Virus record (IMG/VR): IMGVR_UViG_3300044591_002232
Span: 124,001 to 188,000 of that record
Length of the DNA: 64,000 bases
Direction: 5' to 3' (one strand)
Position numbers and translations under genes: made by a program. Shown here piece by piece: positions 10,241-19,848 of this stretch. The stretch's first letter is position 1. Each line of letters begins with the position of its first letter. The notes under the pieces were generated by a model. It had not been told where the DNA came from. It saw only the letters and a program-made list of their open reading frames with translations, and did no database searches.

Positions 10241-10372
10241 ATGCCCTACCTGATCCGCTTCACCGCCGCCGTTGCACTGGTGGCCGGCCTGCTGAGTGCC
10301 GTGCCCCTGCTGGTGGCGCTGAGCGGTGCGATCGTCTGCGGCTGGGTGGTGTTTGACCTGGTGCAGCCGTAG
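10241..10372 (+). CDS. Small hydrophobic membrane protein (43 aa)
   Basis: MPYLIRFTAAVALVAGLLSAVPLLVALSGAIVCGWVVFDLVQP read by eye. Confidence 0.4.
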   Translation: MPYLIRFTAAVALVAGLLSAVPLLVALSGAIVCGWVVFDLVQP

Positions 10373-10444
10373 GGGGCTGAGCTACAGCCCTGCGGCCATA
10401 CTCATGAATATGGCGCTGGTTGAAATGCCTGAATTATAAACGAC

Positions 10445-10465
10445 AGGCCCCTAAGGGGCCTTTTT
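10445..10465 (+). terminator. Intrinsic terminator at right edge of GC island
   Basis: AGGCCCC-TAA-GGGGCCT followed by T run. Confidence 0.75.
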
Positions 10466-10508
10466 AATGTCTATTTTTTCTAAATAGGTTTATACCCTAA
10501 ATGAAATC

Positions 10509-11075
10509 ATGGCTGCATTCAAAATAGTACAAGAAGTGAATTCACTTATTTTACCCCTGAGCGGTGTACAAACTAGTAATCCCATTTCTCTAAAAAGTGG
10601 ATATTTAAGAATCAGGGCCGAATCTGATTGTTATCTTGAAGTTGGATATACACCAGTCGGTATTAATACAATATCTAGTCTTTGGATTGATAGGGCCGAA
10701 ACCTTAGTCCTTAAAGAAAACATAGCATCACAAAGAGTGGTAGGTGTTATTACTGGAACTAATACACTAATCGACTTTCCACAAGGAACTGGTTCTCCAG
10801 TAGAGGTCAATGATTATGTGAGCCTTTCTGGGATTCAACCAGTTGGAATTAATACTAATTATGCAAGAGTATCAAATATTTATACATCATCCGGTGTTGG
10901 TGGATATTATTCTACTCGTATTGCATTGGACTGGAATACATCTTCTGTCACTGGAGTCATAACGGCTACTGATTCTGCAGAAATTAGGAAAGCCGTTAAG
11001 GTATCGGCTCTTGATGGTGGTTTTGGCCCCAACAAAGTTCATATTACAGAAATTCAAATCGCATCAGAGGCATAA
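10509..11075 (+). CDS. Conserved cyanomyovirus hypothetical upstream of gp21
   Basis: ORF after late promoter 10480; abuts gp21. Confidence 0.65.
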   Translation: MAAFKIVQEVNSLILPLSGVQTSNPISLKSGYLRIRAESDCYLEVGYTPVGINTISSLWIDRAETLVLKENIASQRVVGVITGTNTLIDFPQGTGSPVEVNDYVSLSGIQPVGINTNYARVSNIYTSSGVGGYYSTRIALDWNTSSVTGVITATDSAEIRKAVKVSALDGGFGPNKVHITEIQIASEA

Positions 11076-11077
11076 AA

Positions 11078-11728
11078 ATGAAACTAATCATCGAAGAAGC
11101 AGAATCAGTAAAATACATTACCGAAGAAATTAACGGTAAAAAGGCTCTTTGTATTGAAGGAAATTTTCTTATGGCCAATGAGCCAAATAGAAATAATCGA
11201 GTATATCCAATGAAAATTCTTAGAGATGCAGTGAATACCTATACTAAGAATTTTATTGAATCAAAAAGATCTCTAGGTGAACTTAATCATAATTCCATTC
11301 CAGGAGTAGATCTAACAAAAGTATCTCATATGATTACCTCTCTTAAAGAGAATGGTAATTATTTTTATGGTAAGGCCCGAATTCTAAACACCCCAATGGG
11401 TAAAATTGCTCAGGGTCTGATTGATGAGGGGGTAGTTCTTGGAGTTAGTTCACGGGCTCTGGGTAGTGTTAAACAAACTAACGAAGGATATTCCGTAGTT
11501 GGTCCGGATCTTGTTATTAATTGTGTGGACATTGTTCATGATCCTTCTGTTGGTGCCGCCGCATTTGTCAATGGCATTTATGAAGGAAAAGAATGGATTT
11601 ATGACTCCGCAAAGCAAGAATATGTCGCAATGAATATTAAAAACAAGATTGAACGTGACGTAGTAAGCAAAAGATTGAGTGAAGAGCGTATGATTATGCA
11701 TTTTGAGAACTACTTGAACATGCTCTGA
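11078..11728 (+). CDS. gp21: Prohead core protease
   Basis: NRNNRVYP, SLGELNH, VSHMITSL, GVSSRALGS, DIVHDPS. Confidence 0.93.
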   Translation: MKLIIEEAESVKYITEEINGKKALCIEGNFLMANEPNRNNRVYPMKILRDAVNTYTKNFIESKRSLGELNHNSIPGVDLTKVSHMITSLKENGNYFYGKARILNTPMGKIAQGLIDEGVVLGVSSRALGSVKQTNEGYSVVGPDLVINCVDIVHDPSVGAAAFVNGIYEGKEWIYDSAKQEYVAMNIKNKIERDVVSKRLSEERMIMHFENYLNML

Positions 11729-11805
11729 TGCTAAATAACTCTATTAAAGTGTCAACTTTTCTAAATAATAATAGATTAAATACAACTGTTAAGGAGACTT
11801 TTTAA

Positions 11806-12972
11806 ATGGCTCGCAAGCAACAACTAGATGAAATGGAAGCAAAGAATCCCCAGTCTAAGACTGCGGTGAATGCAAATGCCAAGCCAGGCGATCCAATGCC
11901 CAAACTCACCACTGGTATTCCTGATGGTCAAACAGGCAGCTGGGAAGATCTTGGTGGCCCAACTCCAGAAAATGCCAAGCCTGATGACGACAGCGCAAAA
12001 CTCAAGGATCCCGCTTCAAACATTAAGCGAGTTGCCGAGATTATTCGCGGTCGTAAAGGTTCACAAGAAGGTGATGTGGCAATGTCAAAAATGTCTCTTC
12101 CTGAAGAGGATGATCATGACGAAGAGGATCTCGTAACTGAGGAATCATGCGAAGATGATGAAGAAAAAGATGAAGATGAAGAAAAGCATGATAAGAAAAA
12201 GAAAAAAGAAGATGACGAAGATGAAGATGAAATGAAAGAAGACTTCGACATTGATAAAGATGTCGAGGCTCTTGTAGGTGGCGAAGATCTTTCCGAAGAA
12301 TTCAAAGAAAAGGCCAAGACCATCTTTGAGGCCGCACTTCGTTCTAAAGTCTCCGAGATCAAAGAATCTCTAGAAGAGAGCTATACCCAGGCTCTTCAAG
12401 AAGAAGTTCAGGCTATTGCCGAAGAACTACAGGAACGTGCTGATTCCTACCTAGAATATGTTGCAGACGAGTGGATGCATGAGAATCAGCTAGTAATCAC
12501 TCGCGGAATCAAGGAAGAACTCACCGAGTCATTCCTTGTCAATCTCAAGAATCTTTTTGAGCAACATTATGTGTCCATGCCTGATGAGAAATATGATGTT
12601 CTTGAGAACATGGTGACTAAACTAGATGAAATGGAAGATAAACTCAACGAGCAAATTGAGAAAAATATTCAACTTAGCAAGCGTCTCTGTGAGGCTGTTG
12701 CTGATGGAATCTTTGATGATGTTGCTGAGGGTCTAGCCGAAACTCAGAAAGAAAAGCTCGCTTCACTTGCCGAAAGTGTTGAGTTTGAAGGTGAAGATCT
12801 TTATCGTGAAAAACTAGAGACTCTACGGGAATCTTATTTCCCCGCGAATTATGTCTCTCCAATCGCTCACTCTGAAGTACTAACCGAAGATACCGAATTT
12901 GTTGCACCTGAGTCTTACTCAAATTCAATGGATCGTTATCTCAGAATGGCTTCAATGATAGCTAAAAATTGA
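11806..12972 (+). CDS. gp22: Prohead core scaffold protein
   Basis: Acidic coiled coil; EEFKEKAKTIFEAA, YLEYVADEWM; lies between gp21 and gp23. Confidence 0.92.
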   Translation: MARKQQLDEMEAKNPQSKTAVNANAKPGDPMPKLTTGIPDGQTGSWEDLGGPTPENAKPDDDSAKLKDPASNIKRVAEIIRGRKGSQEGDVAMSKMSLPEEDDHDEEDLVTEESCEDDEEKDEDEEKHDKKKKKEDDEDEDEMKEDFDIDKDVEALVGGEDLSEEFKEKAKTIFEAALRSKVSEIKESLEESYTQALQEEVQAIAEELQERADSYLEYVADEWMHENQLVITRGIKEELTESFLVNLKNLFEQHYVSMPDEKYDVLENMVTKLDEMEDKLNEQIEKNIQLSKRLCEAVADGIFDDVAEGLAETQKEKLASLAESVEFEGEDLYREKLETLRESYFPANYVSPIAHSEVLTEDTEFVAPESYSNSMDRYLRMASMIAKN

Positions 12973-13026
12973 TTTCAATATTTAAATCAAACCCAAACTT
13001 TTAAACTCTAAAGAGGTAAACGCAAA

Positions 13027-14436
13027 ATGCTTCAACTTAACGAAAGCCAATTGCAGGAAAAGTGGGCTCCGCTTCTGAACTTTGACGGCCTTGATCCCAT
13101 CAAGGATGCTCATCGCAGAAAGATCACCGCTATCCTGCTAGAAAACGCCGAACATGATCTTCGGGAAACCAATTCTTTCAACAATGGACTTCTTCTAGAA
13201 AGTCCTACTATTGCTAATGCCCCTGGTGCATCTGGTGGTTTTAGCGGCTCAGCCGATGCTGCTGGTCCAGTAGCCGGTTTTGACCCAATTCTAATCAGCA
13301 TGATTCGTCGTGCTATGCCTAATCTTGTGGCCTATGATCTGGCTGGTGTACAGCCCATGACTGGTCCTACTGGTCTAATCTTCGCCATGCGCTCTCGCTA
13401 TGAAGGCCAAAGTGGTGATGAGACCTTCTTCGATGAAGTAGACACCTCATTCTCTGCTCAAAACAGTGGTCGTAGCCTGACTGCCGGTATCACCTCTGCC
13501 ATCTCTGGTATGGGTACTACTGCTGGTCAACTTGGCACCAATCCTGGTCTACTTAACCCAACCGGTTCAGCCAATCAGGCTGCATATAACCTAGGTCAGG
13601 GTATGGTAACCGGTGATGCTGAGAATCTTGGCAATGGTGATAATAATCAGTTCAACGAAATGAGCTTCTCGATTGAGAAAGTTCTTGTTGAGGCTAAGAG
13701 CCGCGCTCTCCGGGCTCAGTACACTCTAGAAATGGCCCAGGATCTCAAGGCGATTCATGGTCTTTCTGCCGAAGCCGAGCTGGCTAACATTCTGTCTACC
13801 GAAATTCTTGCCGAAATTAACCGCGAGGTTATTCGTACCATTTATAAGGTAGCCGAACAAGGTGCAGCCGTAAACACTTCTACTCCTGGTATTTTTGACC
13901 TTGATATTGACTCCAACGGTCGTTGGTCAGTTGAGAAGTTTAAGGGTCTAATCTTCCAGATTGAGCGTGATGCAAACGCTATCGCCCAGCGTACTCGTAG
14001 AGGGAAGGGTAACGTAATCATGTGCTCTGCTGACGTAGCCTCCGCGCTAACCATGGCTGGTGTACTTGATTATACTCCTGCTCTAAATGCTAACCTAAAC
14101 GTAGACGATACTGGCAATACTTTTGCTGGCGTTCTTATGGGTAAGTACCGTGTATACATTGATCCTTATTCTGCCAACGTAAGTGCTAATCAGTATTATG
14201 TTGTTGGTTACAAGGGTTCTTCACCTTATGATGCGGGGATTTTCTATGCTCCATATTTGCCACTGCAAATGGTTCGTGCTGTAGATCCTAAGACTTTCCA
14301 GCCTGCTATCGGATTTAAGACTCGTTATGGCATGGTCGCAAACCCCTTCGCTGAGGGCTTGGATCAAGGCCTGGGCCGTCTGAAAATCAATAGCAACCGC
14401 TATTATCGTAGAGTTTCCATCCGAAACTTATCTTAA
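13027..14436 (+). CDS. gp23: Major capsid protein
   Basis: RRAMPNLVAYDLAGVQPMTGPTGLIFAMRSRY, AKSRALRAQYTLEMAQDLKAIHGL, FQPAIGFKTRYG. Confidence 0.98.
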   Translation: MLQLNESQLQEKWAPLLNFDGLDPIKDAHRRKITAILLENAEHDLRETNSFNNGLLLESPTIANAPGASGGFSGSADAAGPVAGFDPILISMIRRAMPNLVAYDLAGVQPMTGPTGLIFAMRSRYEGQSGDETFFDEVDTSFSAQNSGRSLTAGITSAISGMGTTAGQLGTNPGLLNPTGSANQAAYNLGQGMVTGDAENLGNGDNNQFNEMSFSIEKVLVEAKSRALRAQYTLEMAQDLKAIHGLSAEAELANILSTEILAEINREVIRTIYKVAEQGAAVNTSTPGIFDLDIDSNGRWSVEKFKGLIFQIERDANAIAQRTRRGKGNVIMCSADVASALTMAGVLDYTPALNANLNVDDTGNTFAGVLMGKYRVYIDPYSANVSANQYYVVGYKGSSPYDAGIFYAPYLPLQMVRAVDPKTFQPAIGFKTRYGMVANPFAEGLDQGLGRLKINSNRYYRRVSIRNLS

Positions 14437-14469
14437 TATCTAAAACCTTAGCTAAAACTAGCCAATATA

Positions 14470-14494
14470 AAGAGGTGGGAAACCACCTCTTTTT
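14470..14494 (+). terminator. Intrinsic terminator after gp23
   Basis: AAGAGGTGG-GAAA-CCACCTCTT plus T run. Confidence 0.85.
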
Positions 14495-14510
14495 CATTTG
14501 CAATAAAATT

Positions 14511-14715
14511 ATGACTAAAGTTTTTACAAAAGAAACGAGCAGAAGAAGCAAACAGTAAATGTTGGCTTATTATTGCTCCAGATGGAACTGAAGAAATTAT
14601 TGTAAATCTTTCAAAATATTGTAGAGAACGAGAATTAAATAATAGTTCTATGAGATTAGTTGCTTATGGTAAACAGGACGATTATAAAGGCTATAGAGTA
14701 AAAAAAACTAGACTA
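14511..14715 (+). pseudogene. Frameshifted remnant of a homing endonuclease C-terminal DNA-binding domain
   Basis: ATG 14511 frame stops after 15 codons; adjacent frame reads KCWLIIAPDGTEEIIVNLSKYCRERELNNSSMRLVAYGKQDDYKGYRVKK. Confidence 0.45.
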
Positions 14716-16212
14716 ATTTATAGGGCCGAAAGGTCCCAACCCATAAGTAAGACTCCCACAGTCCCAAATTTTCTCAAATCCCATTTCTCTGGCCTTCTCA
14801 TACTCTGAACAATCATACGCCCCTATCAATTTCTTTTGAAACTTCATTCGATTGTGCCGCTCTAAACAATTCTTATCGACATAAAAATAAGAAGGCCCAT
14901 TAACATGAATTAAATTGAAACCGTTTTTCTTATAAACATCACCATTAGAAATTCTTCGATCAGCATAACTTACAATAGAACCACCATAAGAATCAATAAA
15001 ATTCTTCAACATCTTAGAAAATCCACCAACAACAGTAATTCCACCGAGACAGGCAAACCTAGAAAGTTCCCACTGATAATTTCGATTAAATCTAGAATTA
15101 CAAAAAGTCATTACACAAACTAGTTTATTCTCATAAAAAAGACCCAGTTTAATTTTACTTTTGTCTTCTCTTTGAATATGATTTTGGTTTAAAAAAGAAT
15201 TCTTTAATGAAACGTCGATTTCTTTGACAATACATTTTCGTGCATAAAGTCTCTTATTTAGACCCAATTTACTTTTGATAATATTTTGAACGATTTCTTT
15301 TTTAAATTTCCACTCATCACTATAAAACTGTAATAGTTGTATTTCATTTTTACTACACTCTATTGTTTTCTGTAAATGATAAGAAGGACCTTTAATTAAA
15401 CATTCTTTTTCTTCCCAAGGACGATAAAGATGAGAGTATAACCCATTATACTCAATTGCCAGATTATCTTCTGGTAAATAAAGATCTAATTCTTTCCCAT
15501 TAAGAACAGAACGATTAGATTGTTGAATTTCTTTATTGTAGATTGTTTTCAACCAATTATAAATCTCATTTTCTTCTTTACTAATCTTTTTGATTTTTCT
15601 TTCATAAGAATTTGAACTTCTGGTTTCAATTCCATGAACCTGCATCCATCTAGAAACGGTTCCTTTTGTGGTATTTAATTGTTCGGCAACTTCTTCTACT
15701 TTAAGACCCGAACTATAAAGAGCAGATAGTTCTTCCTTGGACTGAAGAATTCGATTGGCATTTAGATTTCTTTGTCTTGCGTCAAAAAGATTATCTAGGC
15801 CATATTCTTTAAGTTTGTTTCGGATCGTGACCGGACTTGTTTTTAGATCACTTGCAATCTGGTCTACTGATTTTTGAGCAACAATTCTTTCATTATATAG
15901 AGTCTCTTTTGTAATGATTGGAGATTTTACTTTTAAAGAGTGGTCATTATTATAAAATCTTCTAAATCCTTGTTCTGGATAGGTATAGTTAAGGTTGGCT
16001 GCTAGGCCACAACCACATTCACATAAAGGAACTTTTTTGATGTCATTCAGAACAACATAGGCCCGGTGCTTGTTTTGAATCTTTTCATACTGTTTATCCA
16101 TAAAGAAAGTTTGATTTCTTAATTCAGAAACAAATTCTTTGTTCTTTACAAGCGACGCAAAGAGACTTTTATCACTCCATGAGGCTTTAACCAATTCTTT
16201 GAAATTGTCCAT
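14713..16212 (-). CDS. Hef-like putative homing endonuclease (CxCGCG, HTH, Vsr/DUF559-like nuclease) with GNAT/Mom-like C-terminus
   Basis: KELDLYLPEDNLAIEYNGLYSH nuclease motif; WELSRFA..VVGGFSK..IVSYADRRISNGDVY. Confidence 0.65.
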   Translation of the reverse strand: MDNFKELVKASWSDKSLFASLVKNKEFVSELRNQTFFMDKQYEKIQNKHRAYVVLNDIKKVPLCECGCGLAANLNYTYPEQGFRRFYNNDHSLKVKSPIITKETLYNERIVAQKSVDQIASDLKTSPVTIRNKLKEYGLDNLFDARQRNLNANRILQSKEELSALYSSGLKVEEVAEQLNTTKGTVSRWMQVHGIETRSSNSYERKIKKISKEENEIYNWLKTIYNKEIQQSNRSVLNGKELDLYLPEDNLAIEYNGLYSHLYRPWEEKECLIKGPSYHLQKTIECSKNEIQLLQFYSDEWKFKKEIVQNIIKSKLGLNKRLYARKCIVKEIDVSLKNSFLNQNHIQREDKSKIKLGLFYENKLVCVMTFCNSRFNRNYQWELSRFACLGGITVVGGFSKMLKNFIDSYGGSIVSYADRRISNGDVYKKNGFNLIHVNGPSYFYVDKNCLERHNRMKFQKKLIGAYDCSEYEKAREMGFEKIWDCGSLTYGLGPFGPIN

Positions 16213-16235
16213 AAATAGTTAAAAGAGTTTATGAA

Positions 16236-16808
16236 ATGCCTGAATTTCCTTATTTGAAGCCAGATAGACAAATAGAGAACCGAAATTTTCTTCAGCCCAC
16301 TCAGTTCTTATTTACTCTATCAAGAACTCCCAAAGTTTCTTTTTATTCTAACAGAGCAAACATCCCCTCAATGAATTTGGGAATTGCGGATTTCCCCACT
16401 CCCTTCAGAGACCTACAAGAACCTGGGGACAAGATTACCTTTGAGGACCTGAATCTTCAGTTCTTGGTGGATGAAAATCTAGAAAATTATTTAGAGATTC
16501 ATAAGTGGATTAAAGGTCTTGGATATCCAGAAGATCTTCATCAAATTTATGATTTACAAAGAGACAATGTAGAAAGTGGTTATGGAAGTATCAATCCAGG
16601 GCTAGGAATTTATTCGGACGGTACTCTTCAGGTACTAAATAGCAGTCAGAGACCTAATTTCTTGGTGAAGTATTTTAATCTCTTCCCCTATGGTCTCACC
16701 ACTTTGCTGTTTGATGCCACTCTGACTGATTCCGATCCATTTACAGCAGAAGTTAAATTCAAGTATTCACACTACATTATTACTGATAATAAAGGAAACC
16801 CCCTATGA
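16236..16808 (+). CDS. gp3: Tail tube terminator/completion protein
   Basis: NRNFLQPTQF, PGDKITFEDLNLQFLVDENLENYLEIHKWIKGLG. Confidence 0.88.
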   Translation: MPEFPYLKPDRQIENRNFLQPTQFLFTLSRTPKVSFYSNRANIPSMNLGIADFPTPFRDLQEPGDKITFEDLNLQFLVDENLENYLEIHKWIKGLGYPEDLHQIYDLQRDNVESGYGSINPGLGIYSDGTLQVLNSSQRPNFLVKYFNLFPYGLTTLLFDATLTDSDPFTAEVKFKYSHYIITDNKGNPL

Positions 16809-17230
16809 ACATAAATGAAATTGAAGAAATGTGGAAAATTGATTCTCAAATTGATCCGGATAATCTTCATGAAGAGGCCCTGAGAATTCCACAGTTACAT
16901 GGTAGGTATCATGAAATGCAGAATAAGACGTATATAAAAAAGAAACTCAAAGAGTCTGAATATAATAATCTATATGCAGAAAAGACTCATTATTACTTGG
17001 GGAAGTCCGATCCTCATGTCTACATAGAAAAACCTCTTGGTCATCGAATTATAAAGGCAGATCTTCCGATCTACTTAAACTCAGACGAAGAGCTAGTCAA
17101 ACTTAAGACTCAGGTTGAATACTTGGGTTTTGTGATGTCTTACCTAACAGACATTTTGAAAATGATTCATAATCGATCATTTCAAATTCGTGATTCAATT
17201 GAATGGAGTAAATTTATCGCAGGACAGTAA
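16805..17230 (+). CDS. uvsY: Recombination mediator UvsY
   Basis: W..DSQID...L.EEALRIPQLH, NRSFQIRDSIEW; position before uvsW. Confidence 0.85.
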   Translation: MNINEIEEMWKIDSQIDPDNLHEEALRIPQLHGRYHEMQNKTYIKKKLKESEYNNLYAEKTHYYLGKSDPHVYIEKPLGHRIIKADLPIYLNSDEELVKLKTQVEYLGFVMSYLTDILKMIHNRSFQIRDSIEWSKFIAGQ

Positions 17231-18697
17231 ATGTCAGACGTAATTATTGAAAAGAAAAATGAGGTCTATAATCGCCTCATTTGCGAACCGCATGTTCTAT
17301 ACGAATTGGCTCCCTATTTTACCTTTGAGGTTCCGGGGGCCAAGTTTTCCCCGGCATATAAAAGAGGTGGTTGGAATGGCCAGATTAGTCTTTTGTCCAA
17401 GACCAATGGAGAAATCTATTGTGGTTTAATTGATAAGATTATTGAAAAAATTAAGGCTTATGGCTATTCTTATGAATTTAAAAATAGTAAGTTCTTTGGC
17501 TGTCCTTTTGAGGTTAATGAACAAATCACCAAAGAAGGTGTGGCCGAGTTTGTTAAGGCCCTAGGAAAAAAATCAGGTCTGGATCCTTATGATTATCAGA
17601 TTGGAACTGTTTATGAATGTTTAAGATACAATAGAAAAACAATTGTTTCGGCTACTTCTTCTGGTAAATCTTTTATGATTTACTGTATCGCAAGATATTA
17701 CTTGATGAAGGGTTTGAGAATTCTTTGTGTATTTCCTACCACATCACTGATACATCAGATGTATAATGACTGGATTGAGTATGGATATGATTCCGAATCA
17801 AACATTCATATGATTTATGCTGGGCAAAATCATAAGACAGATAAATCAGTAACCTACAGTACTTGGCAGGGGATTTACGAGAATCCAAAGTCCTTTTATG
17901 ATAATTATGACGTTATCATGGTTGATGAATGTCACGGAGTAAAGTCCAAGAGTCTCATCAATATTATGAAAAACTGCCATGAGATCAAATACCGTTTTGG
18001 TTTTACTGGTACTCTCAGTAACAATGATGATGGAAAAGCCTGTAATGAATTGACAATTACTGGTCTATTTGGTCCCCCTTATCGGGCCATTAATACCAAA
18101 GAATTGATTGAAAAGGGTAGAGCCGCAAAATTAGATATTAAGTGTTTGGTATTAAAGCACAAAGAACAAAAGTTTGCGAATTATGAAGAAGAAGTTCAGT
18201 TTCTGATTACTAGTGAGAAGAGAAATAATTACTTAAAAAATCTTGCATTGAATTTAAAAGGAAACACTCTTTTGATTTTCTCAAGAGTAGAGACTCATGG
18301 GGAAGTTCTTTACAATTTAATTAAGAATGCCGCAGATGATAAAAGAAAGATATTCTTTGTTCATGGTGGAGTAGAGGCAAAAGAAAGAGAAGAAGTTCGC
18401 GGTATTGTAGAGAGAGAAAATAATGCGATTATTGTTGCATCTTATGGAGTTTTTAGCACCGGAATTTCAATTAAGAATCTTAACAACATCATCTTTGGAT
18501 TTCCAAGTAAAGGAAAGATTAGAGTATTGCAAACAATTGGTCGAGGATTAAGAAAGTCAAAAACCAAAGATAAATGTATTCTTTATGATATTGCGGATGA
18601 TTGTGGGAAGAATTATACTTTAAACCACTTTATAGAAAGAGTGAAATTATACAATGAAGAAGAGTTTGAGTATGATATTTATAATATTACTCTATGA
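17231..18697 (+). CDS. uvsW: SF2 helicase UvsW
   Basis: Walker A-like SATSSGKS, VDECH, FGFTGT, LQTIGRGLRK. Confidence 0.93.
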   Translation: MSDVIIEKKNEVYNRLICEPHVLYELAPYFTFEVPGAKFSPAYKRGGWNGQISLLSKTNGEIYCGLIDKIIEKIKAYGYSYEFKNSKFFGCPFEVNEQITKEGVAEFVKALGKKSGLDPYDYQIGTVYECLRYNRKTIVSATSSGKSFMIYCIARYYLMKGLRILCVFPTTSLIHQMYNDWIEYGYDSESNIHMIYAGQNHKTDKSVTYSTWQGIYENPKSFYDNYDVIMVDECHGVKSKSLINIMKNCHEIKYRFGFTGTLSNNDDGKACNELTITGLFGPPYRAINTKELIEKGRAAKLDIKCLVLKHKEQKFANYEEEVQFLITSEKRNNYLKNLALNLKGNTLLIFSRVETHGEVLYNLIKNAADDKRKIFFVHGGVEAKEREEVRGIVERENNAIIVASYGVFSTGISIKNLNNIIFGFPSKGKIRVLQTIGRGLRKSKTKDKCILYDIADDCGKNYTLNHFIERVKLYNEEEFEYDIYNITL

Positions 18698-19342
18698 ACC
18701 CCACTCCTCGGCTTCTTTTTTTGTCATAAAGAAATGAATTCCTGAAGTACAATCAACCCTAATGTCGTCATTAAAGGCATCGGCATAAACAACTTCTCCT
18801 TCTTTATATTCTAATTTCTTTTCAGTATGTGTCGGGGAAAATCCAGAGCCTTCAAGAACCCTAACATGAGAAGCCCGACACTTGCGAGAAACTAGCGATG
18901 AAGTCCTCTTAGCATCTTCTGGAATTAGAAGTTTGATGACTCCAGTGGTTACCTTTTTATAGGCAATAAAAGAACCTTCTTCTGGAGGGAGTTGGAAATC
19001 AGGAAGTTTTGCATTTTCAAGATCGGCGTCCTCAAGATTGGCGCCCTCAAGATCGGCGCCCCCAAGATTGGCGCCCCCAAGAATGGCACCCACAAGATAG
19101 GCACCCCGAAGATTGGCGCCCACAAGATCGGCGCCCACAAGATTGGCACCCCAAAGATTGGCGCCCCGAAGATTGGCGCACCGAAGATCGGCTCCCTCAA
19201 GATTGGCGCCCACAAGATTGGCGTACTGAAGATTGGCGTCCCGAAGATTGGCGCCCACAAGAATGGCGTCCCGAAGATTGGCGTCCCAAAGATTGGCGCC
19301 CGGTTCAATAGTGTACTCTTTTCCGTTAATGGTTTTTTTCAT
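18692..19342 (-). CDS. Pentapeptide-repeat protein with C-terminal DUF5758-like domain
   Basis: About 20 (G/D)A(N/D)Lx repeats, then IAYKK..IKLLIP..RKCRAS..CTSGIHFF. Confidence 0.85.
   Translation of the reverse strand: MKKTINGKEYTIEPGANLWDANLRDAILVGANLRDANLQYANLVGANLEGADLRCANLRGANLWGANLVGADLVGANLRGAYLVGAILGGANLGGADLEGANLEDADLENAKLPDFQLPPEEGSFIAYKKVTTGVIKLLIPEDAKRTSSLVSRKCRASHVRVLEGSGFSPTHTEKKLEYKEGEVVYADAFNDDIRVDCTSGIHFFMTKKEAEEWGS
18992..19311 (-). repeat. 15-nt tandem repeat encoding pentapeptides
   Basis: Repeated aagat(t/c)ggcgccc-like units on + strand. Confidence 0.85.
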
Positions 19343-19409
19343 AATGTTGTTTTTGAACTCACTAAGTATATCAGACTTTTGTTCTCTGGGTCTTATGAGT
19401 GGTCAGTTT

Positions 19410-19523
19410 TTAAAGTGTCTGAGACTCTAACCCGGTTACTTGAACCCCTCTATCAATCATGTTTCTCATGGCGGCCTGGGCAATTGCTAAAGAGAAATGG
19501 ACCGAAAACATTTGTTTTTCCAT
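19410..19523 (-). CDS. Small hypothetical (37 aa, MEKQMFSVHFSLAIAQAAMRNMIDRG...)
   Basis: Read by eye between co-oriented ORFs. Confidence 0.35.
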   Translation of the reverse strand: MEKQMFSVHFSLAIAQAAMRNMIDRGVQVTGLESQTL

Positions 19524-19548
19524 GTAAATATAACCAACTTTATAAAAC

Positions 19549-19848
19549 TCAAAATGTTCCATGTTCTTTTCTGTACTCAATCATTTTTAAAAAATAAAGG
19601 AGACTGTCAAGTGATTCTTGAACCGAGAAAATAGCATTGCCAATAAAATTTGTGTCTCCTGGGAAGTTTATGAGGTCCTGATGGGCATCAGCCCTGATTG
19701 CCTCGTATTTGGCTATCAGAGACGCTACAAGGGCCTCTGTGTCCTCACATTGGATCGAAATCTCATTGTAGGGCTCTTTATGAAATTCTGGAGGCCATTC
19801 GATTTCATAAGTAGATCCATCTGCTCGATTTACTGTAAATTTTGTCAC
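19549..19848 (-). CDS. Hypothetical protein
   Basis: ORF track; coupled to upstream ORF. Confidence 0.55.
   Translation of the reverse strand: MTKFTVNRADGSTYEIEWPPEFHKEPYNEISIQCEDTEALVASLIAKYEAIRADAHQDLINFPGDTNFIGNAIFSVQESLDSLLYFLKMIEYRKEHGTF

Noticed and set aside
12100-12240. Acidic/lysine low-complexity tract and antisense Ser/Phe ORF
   Set aside because: Ordinary low-complexity linker of gp22
18949-19597. Plus-strand ORFs with IGAPK and DWRPQ repeats, and 15-nt periodicity that could suggest a CRISPR-like array
   Set aside because: They are shadows of the minus-strand pentapeptide gene; there are no unique spacers and no cas genes
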